From Histomonas meleagridis 2922-C6/04-290x (Eukaryota; Protista; Parabasalia): 64,000 nucleotides of DNA. Location of the stretch: contig JAANOX010000205.1 in NCBI GenBank assembly GCA_020184695.1, forward strand, positions 372,001 through 436,000, read 5' to 3'. The position numbers were made by a program, and so were the translations under genes. Of this stretch, positions 10,629-21,004 are shown in pieces. Position 1 is the stretch's first letter. Each line of letters opens with the position of its first letter. The notes below the pieces were generated by a model. The model was not told the DNA's origin, ran no database searches, and saw nothing but the letters and a program-made list of their open reading frames with translations.

Positions 10629-10643
10629 TGTGTGAATCATGTT
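10629..10643 (+). repeat. 15-bp target-site duplication, right copy
   Basis: Identical to 9008-9022. Confidence 0.95.
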
Positions 10644-10712
10644 AAACGAACAAAATATAATGTCTTGAATGAATTGGCTAGCTTTGTTTGGTTGATTAGT
10701 CAATAAAAAATT

Positions 10713-11534
10713 TTGGATAACAAAAATCTAACATTTTCCATTGAAGTTTTAGGATCAGGAACTAGTAATGGAGTTCCTTACCTAAGCTGTAAATGTGAAA
10801 CATGTAGTTCGAAAGATCCCCACGATAAACGATATCGGCAAGCAGCTTTTCTCAGATTTTCAAATGGGATCAATATTTTACTTGACTGTGGAACAGATAT
10901 TCGTACACAATTAATAAGGTCAAAAATTAACTCCATAGATTATGTGTTTATAACTCATGATCATGCTGATCATGTTCATGGCATTTATGACCTCCATCTT
11001 CTTGCAAAGGAAAAGGAAATACCAATTTACATGGAAAGTCATACTCTTACAAAAGTTTTAGAAACATATCGTTTCTTATTTAATAATCAATTGAAATCTG
11101 TTCGAAAATCATCTAAAATTTCTTTAAACATTCTTAAGGATATTACCAAAATCGGTTCGATTAATGTCGTTAAAATTCCTTTATTCCATGGTATCCTCCC
11201 AATCTGTGGATATCGAATTGGAAAACTTGCATATCTGACAGACGTCAAAAGAATACCACCAGAGTCGTACCCTCTTTTAGAAGGAATAGATTATCTTTTC
11301 ATTGATGCCCTTAATCCTACGAAACATGAAACACATTTCACATATGGCGAAGCGATTGATGAAATAGAAAAAATTAAACCAAAATTTGCATGGTTCATTC
11401 ACATTGCACACGAGCGTACGTATGCAAAAATAGAAGATTATATTCGAGAACAATATAAAATTAGACCAAATCTTGAGGGAATTGAGATACACTGCGCATA
11501 TGATGGACTGATTGTGGAGAATATTCCTGTTTGA
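10713..11534 (+). CDS. PhnP-like metallo-beta-lactamase-fold hydrolase (phosphodiesterase-like)
   Basis: GSGTSNGVP..CKCETC, LLDCGTDIRTQL, THDHADH (HxHxDH), AYLTD, HETHF and HIAH. The ORF opens on TTG with no in-frame ATG upstream. Confidence 0.85.
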   Translation: MDNKNLTFSIEVLGSGTSNGVPYLSCKCETCSSKDPHDKRYRQAAFLRFSNGINILLDCGTDIRTQLIRSKINSIDYVFITHDHADHVHGIYDLHLLAKEKEIPIYMESHTLTKVLETYRFLFNNQLKSVRKSSKISLNILKDITKIGSINVVKIPLFHGILPICGYRIGKLAYLTDVKRIPPESYPLLEGIDYLFIDALNPTKHETHFTYGEAIDEIEKIKPKFAWFIHIAHERTYAKIEDYIREQYKIRPNLEGIEIHCAYDGLIVENIPV

Positions 11535-12232
11535 ATAAAGTACTTTCTCAATTACATTTTCTTTAATATTCATTTTTAGTTTGATTTATTCTTTCAAACT
11601 TTTATTTTCTGGTTTTCTTTAACAATAAAAATTATAGCTGAACATTATTAAAAGTGTATTATATTTCTCATATAAAAATATGAACTTCTTGTTACAATTT
11701 TTGAAAAATATGTGTTGATTCTAACATTCTACATTATAATGGGATACACACATTTATTTCTATCAAAATTTGTAAGAATCAATCTGGACACGTCCTCTCC
11801 AAATGTTTTGCAAAAAAATTGGCTTTCTCTTTCTTGCATTGATATCAAAACATAAAAAAATTAAAAACTATGGCTTGAAGAATATTCTAATTTAGTAACA
11901 ATAAAAATTGGTGAAAGTGTGACATTAATTGATAACTGTTACTTCTTCATTTCGTTCATGCTCATTATTAAAAATGTTAAAATTCATTACTTTAATTGTA
12001 TCATGTGGATTTTGTCTTTGAGAATCACTTCAATTTATTGAAGTATCTGAAGGAAATAATTATAATATCAATGATAGTAAAGGAATTATTTCACACATTT
12101 GATAAATTTTTTGCTATAATATTTTACAGTATTTAAATTATGAACTTGAACTTCTCCTATGAAATTAATTTATACATGAGATAAAAATAAAACATTTTTT
12201 AACATTTCTATAATTTAATAATATTTACATAT

Positions 12233-15200
12233 TTAGTCTTTTATTGCGGCACTAACAATGCCGCTTCTTAATCCCCTGGGAACTCTTTGGTTATGCATAT
12301 TCGCTGTCATTACAGCTCTTTCATATGATGGGTAACCTTCACTCGACATTAAATCTTTTTTCTGTTTTCTACTTGCCGACACGACAGATATTGGTCTATT
12401 TCTTGTTGGCGATTTATCCACTTCATTACTATTTATATGTTTCATAGCACCAAGCGAAGACATTATTTTTTCTTCTCGTTCTCTTAATAATGCTTCGCGT
12501 TTTGGCATCCATCTTCTTAATGAAGATAATTCATGTAAAGCCATTTGCCATAATGAAAGGTTAATACCTTTAAAAGTTTCGAGTAATTTTTTTTCTTCAT
12601 CAGTATATTTCTTACAAAACATTTCGGAATTCTTTTTTAATGTTATTTCTGATTTAGGTTTTTTATGTTCTATTTCTTTAATGATATTTCTTAATCTCGA
12701 AATTTCGAGTTCACTATCTTTAGATAGTTCTAAAGCAACATTTAAATTATTTTCATAATCTTCACGAAGCATTTTTTCTTTTTTAATTGTTTTATTACTT
12801 CTTTCAAGTTCATTTTTACAAGAAATTAATTGTTGATTTATTTTATATGATTTTTCACGTTCATTTTGAAGAGAATTATTTAAACTATGTAATTGATTTT
12901 CAAGCATTTTTATACGCTTTTGAAAACTACTAATATATTCACCTGGATTTTTTGTTTTATTATTATTTATTGGATTTATTTCTATTGGAACATTTATTTC
13001 ATATGGTTTTGCGTTGATTATATTTATTTGTTGTTGTTCATTATTTTGTTCTTTTTGATTTGTCGTATTGTTTTCATGTATATAACGTGTTACATATCCA
13101 ATTAATGAACTATCAGGTGATGATGAAAGTGGTATAAGTGTATCATAACTAAGTTGTCGAACAATATTTTCACCATCATAAGATTGATATAATTGAAGTG
13201 TTTTTTTAGGTTGTTTTGGGATTAAAACTTTTATATTTTTTGATTTCGGTGATTTTTGTTTTGGATTGTTTTTATTTGAAGATTTTAATGTTTCAGTTGT
13301 AGAAAATATTAAAAAAGGTGAAATTAAACTCATTTTATGTATATTATGTTTAATATAAAATTTATTTTCAAGTTCTGTACAATAAGTTTTAAGTTCTTGA
13401 ATTTCATTTTGATTTTTATAATTTTCATTTTGCGATGTAATTAATGAATTTGTTAAATCTTTTATTTGTTTTGTTTCATTATCATTATCATTTTCATTAA
13501 TTTTTGTTTTTGTTCCTTTAAGTTCAATGATTTCCATTTTTTGTTTTCTATTTTCTGATTCTTTTTCACTAAATTGAATATTCTTTTGATCAATTACTTC
13601 ATTAAGTTCATTAATTGTTTCAATTGCATCTTTTTTTATGCTTTGACACATATTAAATGAACTTTGCGCAATTGTAATAATTCGATTCATAATACTTTTA
13701 TGAAGTGCACAAAGTTTTTCGATTTCAATTTTTTCTTGTATAATTTGTTTATTAATTTGTGATACACCAAGTGAAACATTATTTAAATCATTTTTATTTA
13801 TCATTTGTTCAGTTGTAATAATTGGTTCATTAGAGATCATTAATAATACATTTTTTGCATTTTCAAGTGTTTGATTTGCTTGTTCAATAGTTTTTTCTTC
13901 TTTGTTTAACATTTTTTGTGTGTTTTCTATAAATTCATTTTTGGTGTTTTTCGTTGTTTCGTTTTGTATTTGATTATAATTATTAATTTCATCAAAAACT
14001 TTTTTTACTGTTTCTACTTTTGGATTAATGTTTTTGTTTTCTTGTGAAAGTTGAAGTGCTGTTTCTACTTCTTGAATTGTATTTGAAATGATATTTTTAT
14101 GAAGTTTAGATATTTCATTTTGAAGATTATGTATTTCTAATTTATGTTGTTTTTCATTAATTTTTTCATTTTGTTTTGTTATTGTTAAATCATCTTTAAG
14201 ATGTTTATATTTTTGTAGTGTTTGAAGAAGTTTTTTCTTTAAATTTAATTCTTTTGTGTTGTTTTCTGCTTCGTTTTGCTTTGTTGGATGATTTATTTCA
14301 TTAATCTCTTTTTCAGTCATAATTCCTTCTGATAATATATATTCATCAATAATATCGTTAATTTCAGAGCCTTTTAACTGCTGAATATCTTCATCAATTA
14401 TTAAAGAGCGTTGTTTTGAATCATCAAATGTTTTAATTATTGGAATTATCTTATTATTATTTTCATTATTATTTTGACTATTTTCTCGATTTATTATTTC
14501 CCTATTATTATTTATATTTTGGTTATATTCACTATTTATTACTTCATTATTATTTTGATTAATTTCGCGATTTAGTGTTTTATTATTTAAATTTTGTTTA
14601 ATTTCACGATTTAGTGTTTTATTATTTAAATTTTGATTAATTTCACGATTTATTATTTGAGTATTGTTTATATTTTGTGTTTCATCATTTGCATAATATG
14701 AAAATAAAGTCTTTGGTTGAATGAATGATAATCCATTTATCGATTTCTTTACATATAAATCCAATTTGTTTTTACTTTCATCATCATCAATTTGTAACTT
14801 TGATAATGTTTCCGCTTTTGCTGAAATTTCATCCAAAACATCATATGCGCTTTTACCGGATATATTCCCACACTCTTCAATTGTATCCTTAAGCAATTGA
14901 TTTTCGTTCATATAAAAAATTAATTTATTACTTAATTCGGTTAATTTGGTATCAACTTCATTTGAAGGAATTGTAATTTCATTTAAATCATTTGTTTGTA
15001 TTAAATTTTCCGGATTTGTTATACTTAAAACCTTTTGAAGTATATTATTTATTTCATTACTTAAATTTGGATCTTTTGAATGTGAATCTTGAATTACATC
15101 GACAACATTTTTCCTAAAATTATTCACATTTTCTAAATATTTTCTTTGATAAAATTGTTTTTCTTTTTCAATTTCCCATTTTTTAGTATCATCAAGAATT

Positions 15201-16852
15201 TCTTTATGAGATTTTAATATTTTTCCAAACTTTTTTGATATTTTATTTTCAATTTCTTTTTCCTTTAATTGAAGAATTGGCTTTTGAAGAATTTCTTCAA
15301 TTTTTAATGGATTTTCATTGTTATTATTTTTAGTTAATTCATTAAATTGCGTATCCATAATATCTTTTATTAATTCAAGTTGATGATCTGATTGTTCTTG
15401 AATTTCAAATGATTTTAAATTTAATTTTTGTTGATAATTCATTTTTAATTCTTTTTCTTTATATTCGATTTCTTTTTTATATGAATTTCTTAATTCTTCA
15501 ATTTCATTATCTTTTTGTTTAATTATTAATTCGTAATGTTTAGCAATTTCAATTATTTGATTTGAATTCCTTTGCTTTTGTTCTTTTATTAATTTTTCTG
15601 TTTCGTTTTTAATTTCGTTAATTTTTGATTCAGATATTAAATTCGATTGTTTTATAGCATTTTTTATATCTTCATTATTAATAGATTCAACAAAATTCTT
15701 CATTTCTTTATCATATGAATCACGAATTAAATTAATTGATTCATTAGATTCTTTTTTCGATTCTAAAATTTCATTTTCATATTTTTTAATTAAATCAATG
15801 ATATTCGAATTAATTTCATCATTTGGATTTAAAAGTTGTTTTCTTAATTCATATATTTGTGTTTGATATTTTTTCTCGTTTTCTTCATTCTTTTTATTGA
15901 TGATTTGTAATGATAATTCAAGTGATTTAACTTTGTTTTCAAGTATAATTTCATTTTGTTTATTTTTCCCATTTTCTATTTGTTCATTTAACGAATTGAT
16001 TTTTGTTATATATTCGTTTTCGCGTTGTTTATATTCTTCAATTAATAATTGTAATTTATCAATTTGATTTTGAAGTTTTGTCATTTTTTTGTCGTTTTTG
16101 TTCGGTCGATGTAAATTTCGGAGTTTTCCTTTGTTTTGAATGATTTGATTCAATTCTCGAAGTTGGCGATCTTTAAGTGATATTTGACTTTGGAAATCAT
16201 TAACTTGATCTGATAGATTGTTTATTAAGCTTTGATGAATGTTTTCTGCTAACTCTAAAGAATCATTATGATCTTTACTATAATCATTTATAGTCGATTT
16301 AAAATCCTCTGGTGTAAAATTTGGTAATGTTTCTTTGTGTGTTGGTATTTCACTCTCATTAAGCTTGGCTTCGTTAATCCATTGTGTTAATCCTGTGAGT
16401 AAATCAACTTGATTCCTTGTGAAATTGACATGATCAGATATCATTGTCTGAAGACGATTTTTTGCTTCTTCTAAAATTGATTCTAAGTTAAATGAATTGA
16501 TAAAATTATCTTCATCAAACAGATTATATAATTCTAGAAGAAAACTTTGATCTTGAACTTGGAAGTTATGGATAGATTCTAATATGTTTCTGGAAATTTC
16601 GTTAATTTTTTTAATATAAGGATTTTGGTATTGATCTGAATCTACTCTTATTCCCCTTGATTTAACATTATCCAATGAATCCAATATTTCCTTAGCTTTG
16701 TTTTCATTATAAATCCAATTATCCGGAAGATTATCTTTAATTGATTTTTTTGTTTCTTCAGCTTCTTTGTTATTTGTATCTGCAAGTTTGCGGTGTTTTT
16801 GGAATGGTGATTTTATTTCTCTTTTTGGCTTTGGAAAAAAATTTGCATTCAT
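12233..16852 (-). CDS. Large coiled-coil, low-complexity (N/E/K/Q-rich) protein
   Basis: Uninterrupted 1539-aa ORF with short internal repeats (NNKTLNREIKQN type, near 14560-14650). No specific family recognised. Confidence 0.8.
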   Translation of the reverse strand: MNANFFPKPKREIKSPFQKHRKLADTNNKEAEETKKSIKDNLPDNWIYNENKAKEILDSLDNVKSRGIRVDSDQYQNPYIKKINEISRNILESIHNFQVQDQSFLLELYNLFDEDNFINSFNLESILEEAKNRLQTMISDHVNFTRNQVDLLTGLTQWINEAKLNESEIPTHKETLPNFTPEDFKSTINDYSKDHNDSLELAENIHQSLINNLSDQVNDFQSQISLKDRQLRELNQIIQNKGKLRNLHRPNKNDKKMTKLQNQIDKLQLLIEEYKQRENEYITKINSLNEQIENGKNKQNEIILENKVKSLELSLQIINKKNEENEKKYQTQIYELRKQLLNPNDEINSNIIDLIKKYENEILESKKESNESINLIRDSYDKEMKNFVESINNEDIKNAIKQSNLISESKINEIKNETEKLIKEQKQRNSNQIIEIAKHYELIIKQKDNEIEELRNSYKKEIEYKEKELKMNYQQKLNLKSFEIQEQSDHQLELIKDIMDTQFNELTKNNNNENPLKIEEILQKPILQLKEKEIENKISKKFGKILKSHKEILDDTKKWEIEKEKQFYQRKYLENVNNFRKNVVDVIQDSHSKDPNLSNEINNILQKVLSITNPENLIQTNDLNEITIPSNEVDTKLTELSNKLIFYMNENQLLKDTIEECGNISGKSAYDVLDEISAKAETLSKLQIDDDESKNKLDLYVKKSINGLSFIQPKTLFSYYANDETQNINNTQIINREINQNLNNKTLNREIKQNLNNKTLNREINQNNNEVINSEYNQNINNNREIINRENSQNNNENNNKIIPIIKTFDDSKQRSLIIDEDIQQLKGSEINDIIDEYILSEGIMTEKEINEINHPTKQNEAENNTKELNLKKKLLQTLQKYKHLKDDLTITKQNEKINEKQHKLEIHNLQNEISKLHKNIISNTIQEVETALQLSQENKNINPKVETVKKVFDEINNYNQIQNETTKNTKNEFIENTQKMLNKEEKTIEQANQTLENAKNVLLMISNEPIITTEQMINKNDLNNVSLGVSQINKQIIQEKIEIEKLCALHKSIMNRIITIAQSSFNMCQSIKKDAIETINELNEVIDQKNIQFSEKESENRKQKMEIIELKGTKTKINENDNDNETKQIKDLTNSLITSQNENYKNQNEIQELKTYCTELENKFYIKHNIHKMSLISPFLIFSTTETLKSSNKNNPKQKSPKSKNIKVLIPKQPKKTLQLYQSYDGENIVRQLSYDTLIPLSSSPDSSLIGYVTRYIHENNTTNQKEQNNEQQQINIINAKPYEINVPIEINPINNNKTKNPGEYISSFQKRIKMLENQLHSLNNSLQNEREKSYKINQQLISCKNELERSNKTIKKEKMLREDYENNLNVALELSKDSELEISRLRNIIKEIEHKKPKSEITLKKNSEMFCKKYTDEEKKLLETFKGINLSLWQMALHELSSLRRWMPKREALLREREEKIMSSLGAMKHINSNEVDKSPTRNRPISVVSASRKQKKDLMSSEGYPSYERAVMTANMHNQRVPRGLRSGIVSAAIKD

Positions 16853-17170
16853 TTTCCTTAAATTTCTTCCGATTCAAGGAAATAACGTACAAAAAATTTT
16901 CATCAAATCACTCTCTCATTTTCTACAATAAAAAAGCAACAAAAAATGAAAACAAATCTCTATTTAACTTACACAATGCAAGTCAATAGTTTTAACTTTG
17001 CATTTTATTGCAAACAAAAAATTAGATTAAATTCGTCAATTTAATGTTCCCAACTTTTATCAGGTATTTCATCAATTTCAATGGGAGAAACTTTGTACAT
17101 TCGCTATTTCTCATTCCAAACATTTAATATCATTTTTTCACATTTTATACCGATAATTTATTCAAACACA

Positions 17171-20100
17171 TTACAAACAATTTGCTATGTTGACCAGCGA
17201 CACGTACTGTTCGTCGCACTTCATCGCCAGCGCCTCCACCATGTAAACGTGCGCGCCTTTTTCTGCTTTCGCCATTTCGGACGCCGCCACAATGTCCACG
17301 CCGACGACTCTTCCGCATCTACAGAGCGCCCTTCTGTACGCGAACCCTTCCTCTTCGTCCCACTGCGACTCCTCCTTGTCGAGGAAGTCCTCTTTTTGGT
17401 TCGCGCTCTTTATTGACATTGACAGCGTGCTGCTGTTCTGCGGGTCACCGAACACTTTGCCGGGAAACTGCGCAAACTGAACCTCCTCAATGTGGTCCAT
17501 GCGAAGTATCGGACAGTTGCAGCTGGTGCAGTACAGGGTCGTGAACAGGAGCTCGCTGGCTGACGAAGAAGCGCACGCTTGCGGAGGAGGCGCGTCACCG
17601 CCATAGGCATTTACATGCGGCGCATTACCATTATTAAGTTGATTCTGCTCATTCGGATTATTATTCATTTGCTGCCGTTGCGGTGCATTACCATTTTGCG
17701 AACTATTATTCATTTGCTGCCGTTGCGGTGCATTACCATTGCTGTTGTTGAATTGATTTTGCATGTTGTTCATTTGCTGTGGTGCGTTGCTGCTATAGTT
17801 AAATTGGCTCATTGCGGATGGCTCGGACAGATTGCGATTAAATTTGTTTGCGCTCCAAGTGTCGTTGCATGCGGCGCTGTTTGTCCTGTTGAAGTTGCTG
17901 CTTCTGAATTGGTATGACGCGCCATAGGAATTTTGATGGTTTTCCTTCACGTTTGCCTTTTGTTTCATCAAGTCGAAGTACGACAAGTTGCTGTAAATCG
18001 GCGGCCTTATGTTATCCGGGAATCTTCGAAACATTTCATTGTAAAAAGCGCACAACAAATCGCAGCTTCTTTTGAGATCGAAGTTCATATATAAATTCTT
18101 TCTAATCCACAAAGGAAACTTTTCGATGTTATAATCGATTCTATTATCCAACAAAACAATTGCTCCGTAATCTCTTTGATGTCTAATGCATCTACCAATC
18201 GATTGAAACAATGCTCTAAATCCTTGAACTTTATACCAGTCGCTACCGGAGAAACATATGTTCGAATTATTCGAACGTCTTTGGTCATTATATTTCATCT
18301 TAAGTTCAATCTCTGGTTCTTTAATCCCTGGAAATGGAATTCCAAACGCATAAACAATCCGTGATTTATCATCTGCAAAGTCTAAGCCTTCGCTAATTTT
18401 CCCTCGTGAAACACCTATTAAAAATCCGCCGTTTTGTGATTTGTTGAATTGTGAAATGATTTTTTTGGCAGTTTTGTTCGATTGTTCTTCAATGATTATT
18501 TTTTTGTTCGAGATTTCATTGTATATGCCATTGATTTTCCACTGGTCAAGCATGTTCTTCTTCGCTGTGTACGATGGCATAAAACATAACGCGCCGCCTG
18601 GTACAAATTTTAATGTCTCATTGAAAAAAGTGCCAAGCGCTTCAAAGATTTGGCGTTCATTGGCTTGCATTTCAGAGTACTTAGACGAGATAGAAACGTT
18701 TTTGATTTTGCTGATTGTTATCGTGAGGACTTGTGACTCATCAACGACATGTGGTGCTGAACATTGGATTTCAAATGATGTCTCAAGCTCAGAACTGAAT
18801 TGTCCCATTGGAGATAGTGTTCCTGATGAAATAATTATGGAACTAAATGATTTTGCTAAAGGCCGAAATAATAATCCTGGTCGTAAACATAAAAATTTGA
18901 TTTGGTCATTGTCTAGTTTTGGCCCTGGGACATAGACAACTTTAAAGTCGTTTAATCTTTGTAATGACATTTCGGATATTATTGGTGATACTTTTTCACA
19001 AAATGAAAGAACATGTTCTATTTGCAAAACGTTTTGCAAGTTCTTAAATTGTTTAGGATCTGATTTAGAAGTTGTTATAAATTGTTGAAGAGTAATTCCG
19101 ATTGCTTGAAATTGCTGAGGTTCAACCCCCCATTGATTTAATAAAGTATTCAAATCATCACAAATATAGTTAGGTTTATCAGAAAAGTGCTCATAGGCAG
19201 CTCTTTTTGTATGAAGAAAATTTAAGAAATAAAAAGTAAGCTTACGAACGACTTGAAGTACAACACTAAACTGAGGTAGCTGGGGTTGAAGAAGGACAGC
19301 ATCATTACCTGCTAAAAATGCTTCAAAAAAATATAAACTAAATGTAAATTCATCACGACATACATTCTCAATATTATGCCCTTCATCGATGATAAGAATA
19401 TTTTGGGGGTTTAGGAAGGCACTATTTTGATCAGGTTTAATAATATAATTATACGGACAAAAAATTATATTGGATTCATCAGCAAAAGGCTTTGATAAAT
19501 TATAAGGGCATACACCAGCTTCGCGTCCATATGATTTAAGATCTTCAATGTCAAATTTTGGAAAATTTCCATTTGGCAAAAAACAATTTGGAATTCCTTT
19601 TATCTTTTTGTCATAAGGACATTCGGAGTTAATAAGTAATTTCCGACATTCTGAGTTAACATCAGCAGATTTAGAAACTATTGGATGAATACATAAATGT
19701 TTCCGAGAAGCTAAAATTCCCATTTGAGGGAAATATGGAAGCTTCTTATATTCTCCAATAAGTTGTTGAAGTTGTGAATGTGTTCTTGATGTATAGATAA
19801 TTTGGTGTATTGAAGGATCTGCTTCTTGTGAAGCTAACGCTGTGGATAATAAGGCAAGTGATTTACCTGTTCCTGTTGGTGATTCAAGCAAAGCATTTTT
19901 ATGGGTTTTTATTGCTAATGCTTCATTGGACATGATTAAACTTTGTGATAAATGTGGAGTTTGATATGGAAATTTAATTGTCAATCCCTCATATTGCTGG
20001 TTATAAAAAGGTGGAATTGGAATCGTTGGTTTTGGGAGCTCTGAAATATTTTTAAACTTTTTTTTTGATAATTTAATTGGTGGACCATTACCAGAAAATC

Positions 20101-20293
20101 CTATCCCTGTTTCAGCTTGGGCAATACGTCTTGCTTGGTCTTCTAAGAGTTTCTTTGGTGGAGGTAATGCAGGAACATTTTTATTTATCTCGCCATTAAA
20201 ATTTTTTTGAGAATTGGGTTGTATTATTTGAATTTCTTCAATATCAGATGAATCAGAAATTGAAATTGTTTCGCCAAATTTTGGAAAAGACAT
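17171..20293 (-). CDS. Rad3/XPD-family Fe-S DNA helicase, FANCJ/RTEL1-like, with Q/N-rich linker and C-terminal Cys domain
   Basis: LESPTGTGKS (Walker A), YTSRTHSQLQQ, LASRKHLC and CPY (Fe-S region), IIDEGHN, SSGTLSP, RGKISEGLDF and QSIGRCIRHQRDYG. Confidence 0.92.
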   Translation of the reverse strand: MSFPKFGETISISDSSDIEEIQIIQPNSQKNFNGEINKNVPALPPPKKLLEDQARRIAQAETGIGFSGNGPPIKLSKKKFKNISELPKPTIPIPPFYNQQYEGLTIKFPYQTPHLSQSLIMSNEALAIKTHKNALLESPTGTGKSLALLSTALASQEADPSIHQIIYTSRTHSQLQQLIGEYKKLPYFPQMGILASRKHLCIHPIVSKSADVNSECRKLLINSECPYDKKIKGIPNCFLPNGNFPKFDIEDLKSYGREAGVCPYNLSKPFADESNIIFCPYNYIIKPDQNSAFLNPQNILIIDEGHNIENVCRDEFTFSLYFFEAFLAGNDAVLLQPQLPQFSVVLQVVRKLTFYFLNFLHTKRAAYEHFSDKPNYICDDLNTLLNQWGVEPQQFQAIGITLQQFITTSKSDPKQFKNLQNVLQIEHVLSFCEKVSPIISEMSLQRLNDFKVVYVPGPKLDNDQIKFLCLRPGLLFRPLAKSFSSIIISSGTLSPMGQFSSELETSFEIQCSAPHVVDESQVLTITISKIKNVSISSKYSEMQANERQIFEALGTFFNETLKFVPGGALCFMPSYTAKKNMLDQWKINGIYNEISNKKIIIEEQSNKTAKKIISQFNKSQNGGFLIGVSRGKISEGLDFADDKSRIVYAFGIPFPGIKEPEIELKMKYNDQRRSNNSNICFSGSDWYKVQGFRALFQSIGRCIRHQRDYGAIVLLDNRIDYNIEKFPLWIRKNLYMNFDLKRSCDLLCAFYNEMFRRFPDNIRPPIYSNLSYFDLMKQKANVKENHQNSYGASYQFRSSNFNRTNSAACNDTWSANKFNRNLSEPSAMSQFNYSSNAPQQMNNMQNQFNNSNGNAPQRQQMNNSSQNGNAPQRQQMNNNPNEQNQLNNGNAPHVNAYGGDAPPPQACASSSASELLFTTLYCTSCNCPILRMDHIEEVQFAQFPGKVFGDPQNSSTLSMSIKSANQKEDFLDKEESQWDEEEGFAYRRALCRCGRVVGVDIVAASEMAKAEKGAHVYMVEALAMKCDEQYVSLVNIANCL

Positions 20294-21004
20294 TTTGAAT
20301 CAACAAGAAAAATAGGAATAAGACCGTTTAAAATTTCGTGTGAATTCACTTTCACGATCAAAATCAATTTAATTAATTTTCCAAAGAATTCCCACGCACA
20401 AAGAGGAAAAGAACTGTTTTAATCAAAAAAATAAATCGAGTTTCTGTGATGCTTGTTAATGTTAATATAAAACTTACGAGTTTGCTTTGTATTGGATAAA
20501 ATAATTTAATTAAATTCATTAATCGTTTGAAATAAACTATATGAACAATCATCCTCAGCATCAGTATAATTACGTTTTGCTTAAGAAGAAGCATTTTACC
20601 TCGAAAAATAAAAATAATTCAAAAAAAATTCTTTTTTGAATTTTAAAGTTGCTGTGAAGTTTTAAAAATATGGCAAAGCTTCTTCTTATAGTAATTATTG
20701 CTTTAAGATGCTTTTTGATTTAGGTAACAAATCTTTTCAACTCCTAAATAACGGTCAACAAAAGTACTATAAACTTGTGAAAATCAGCGGTTTTTCTGAT
20801 GATAAGTTTATCATTGTTAAATTCTTTGTTTAAAATCAAACAGAACAACAATTTCTATCCAGTTTTAATATAGGCAAGTTGAAAGTTGGCTTAATTGAAG
20901 TAATAAAAAACAAAGAAACATAATGTTTTATCTATTTTTCATGTGTTTTAGTGCTTTCGTCTTTTTTGAATTGACCGTTTATTGAAAGTGGCCGGACATT
21001 TCGA

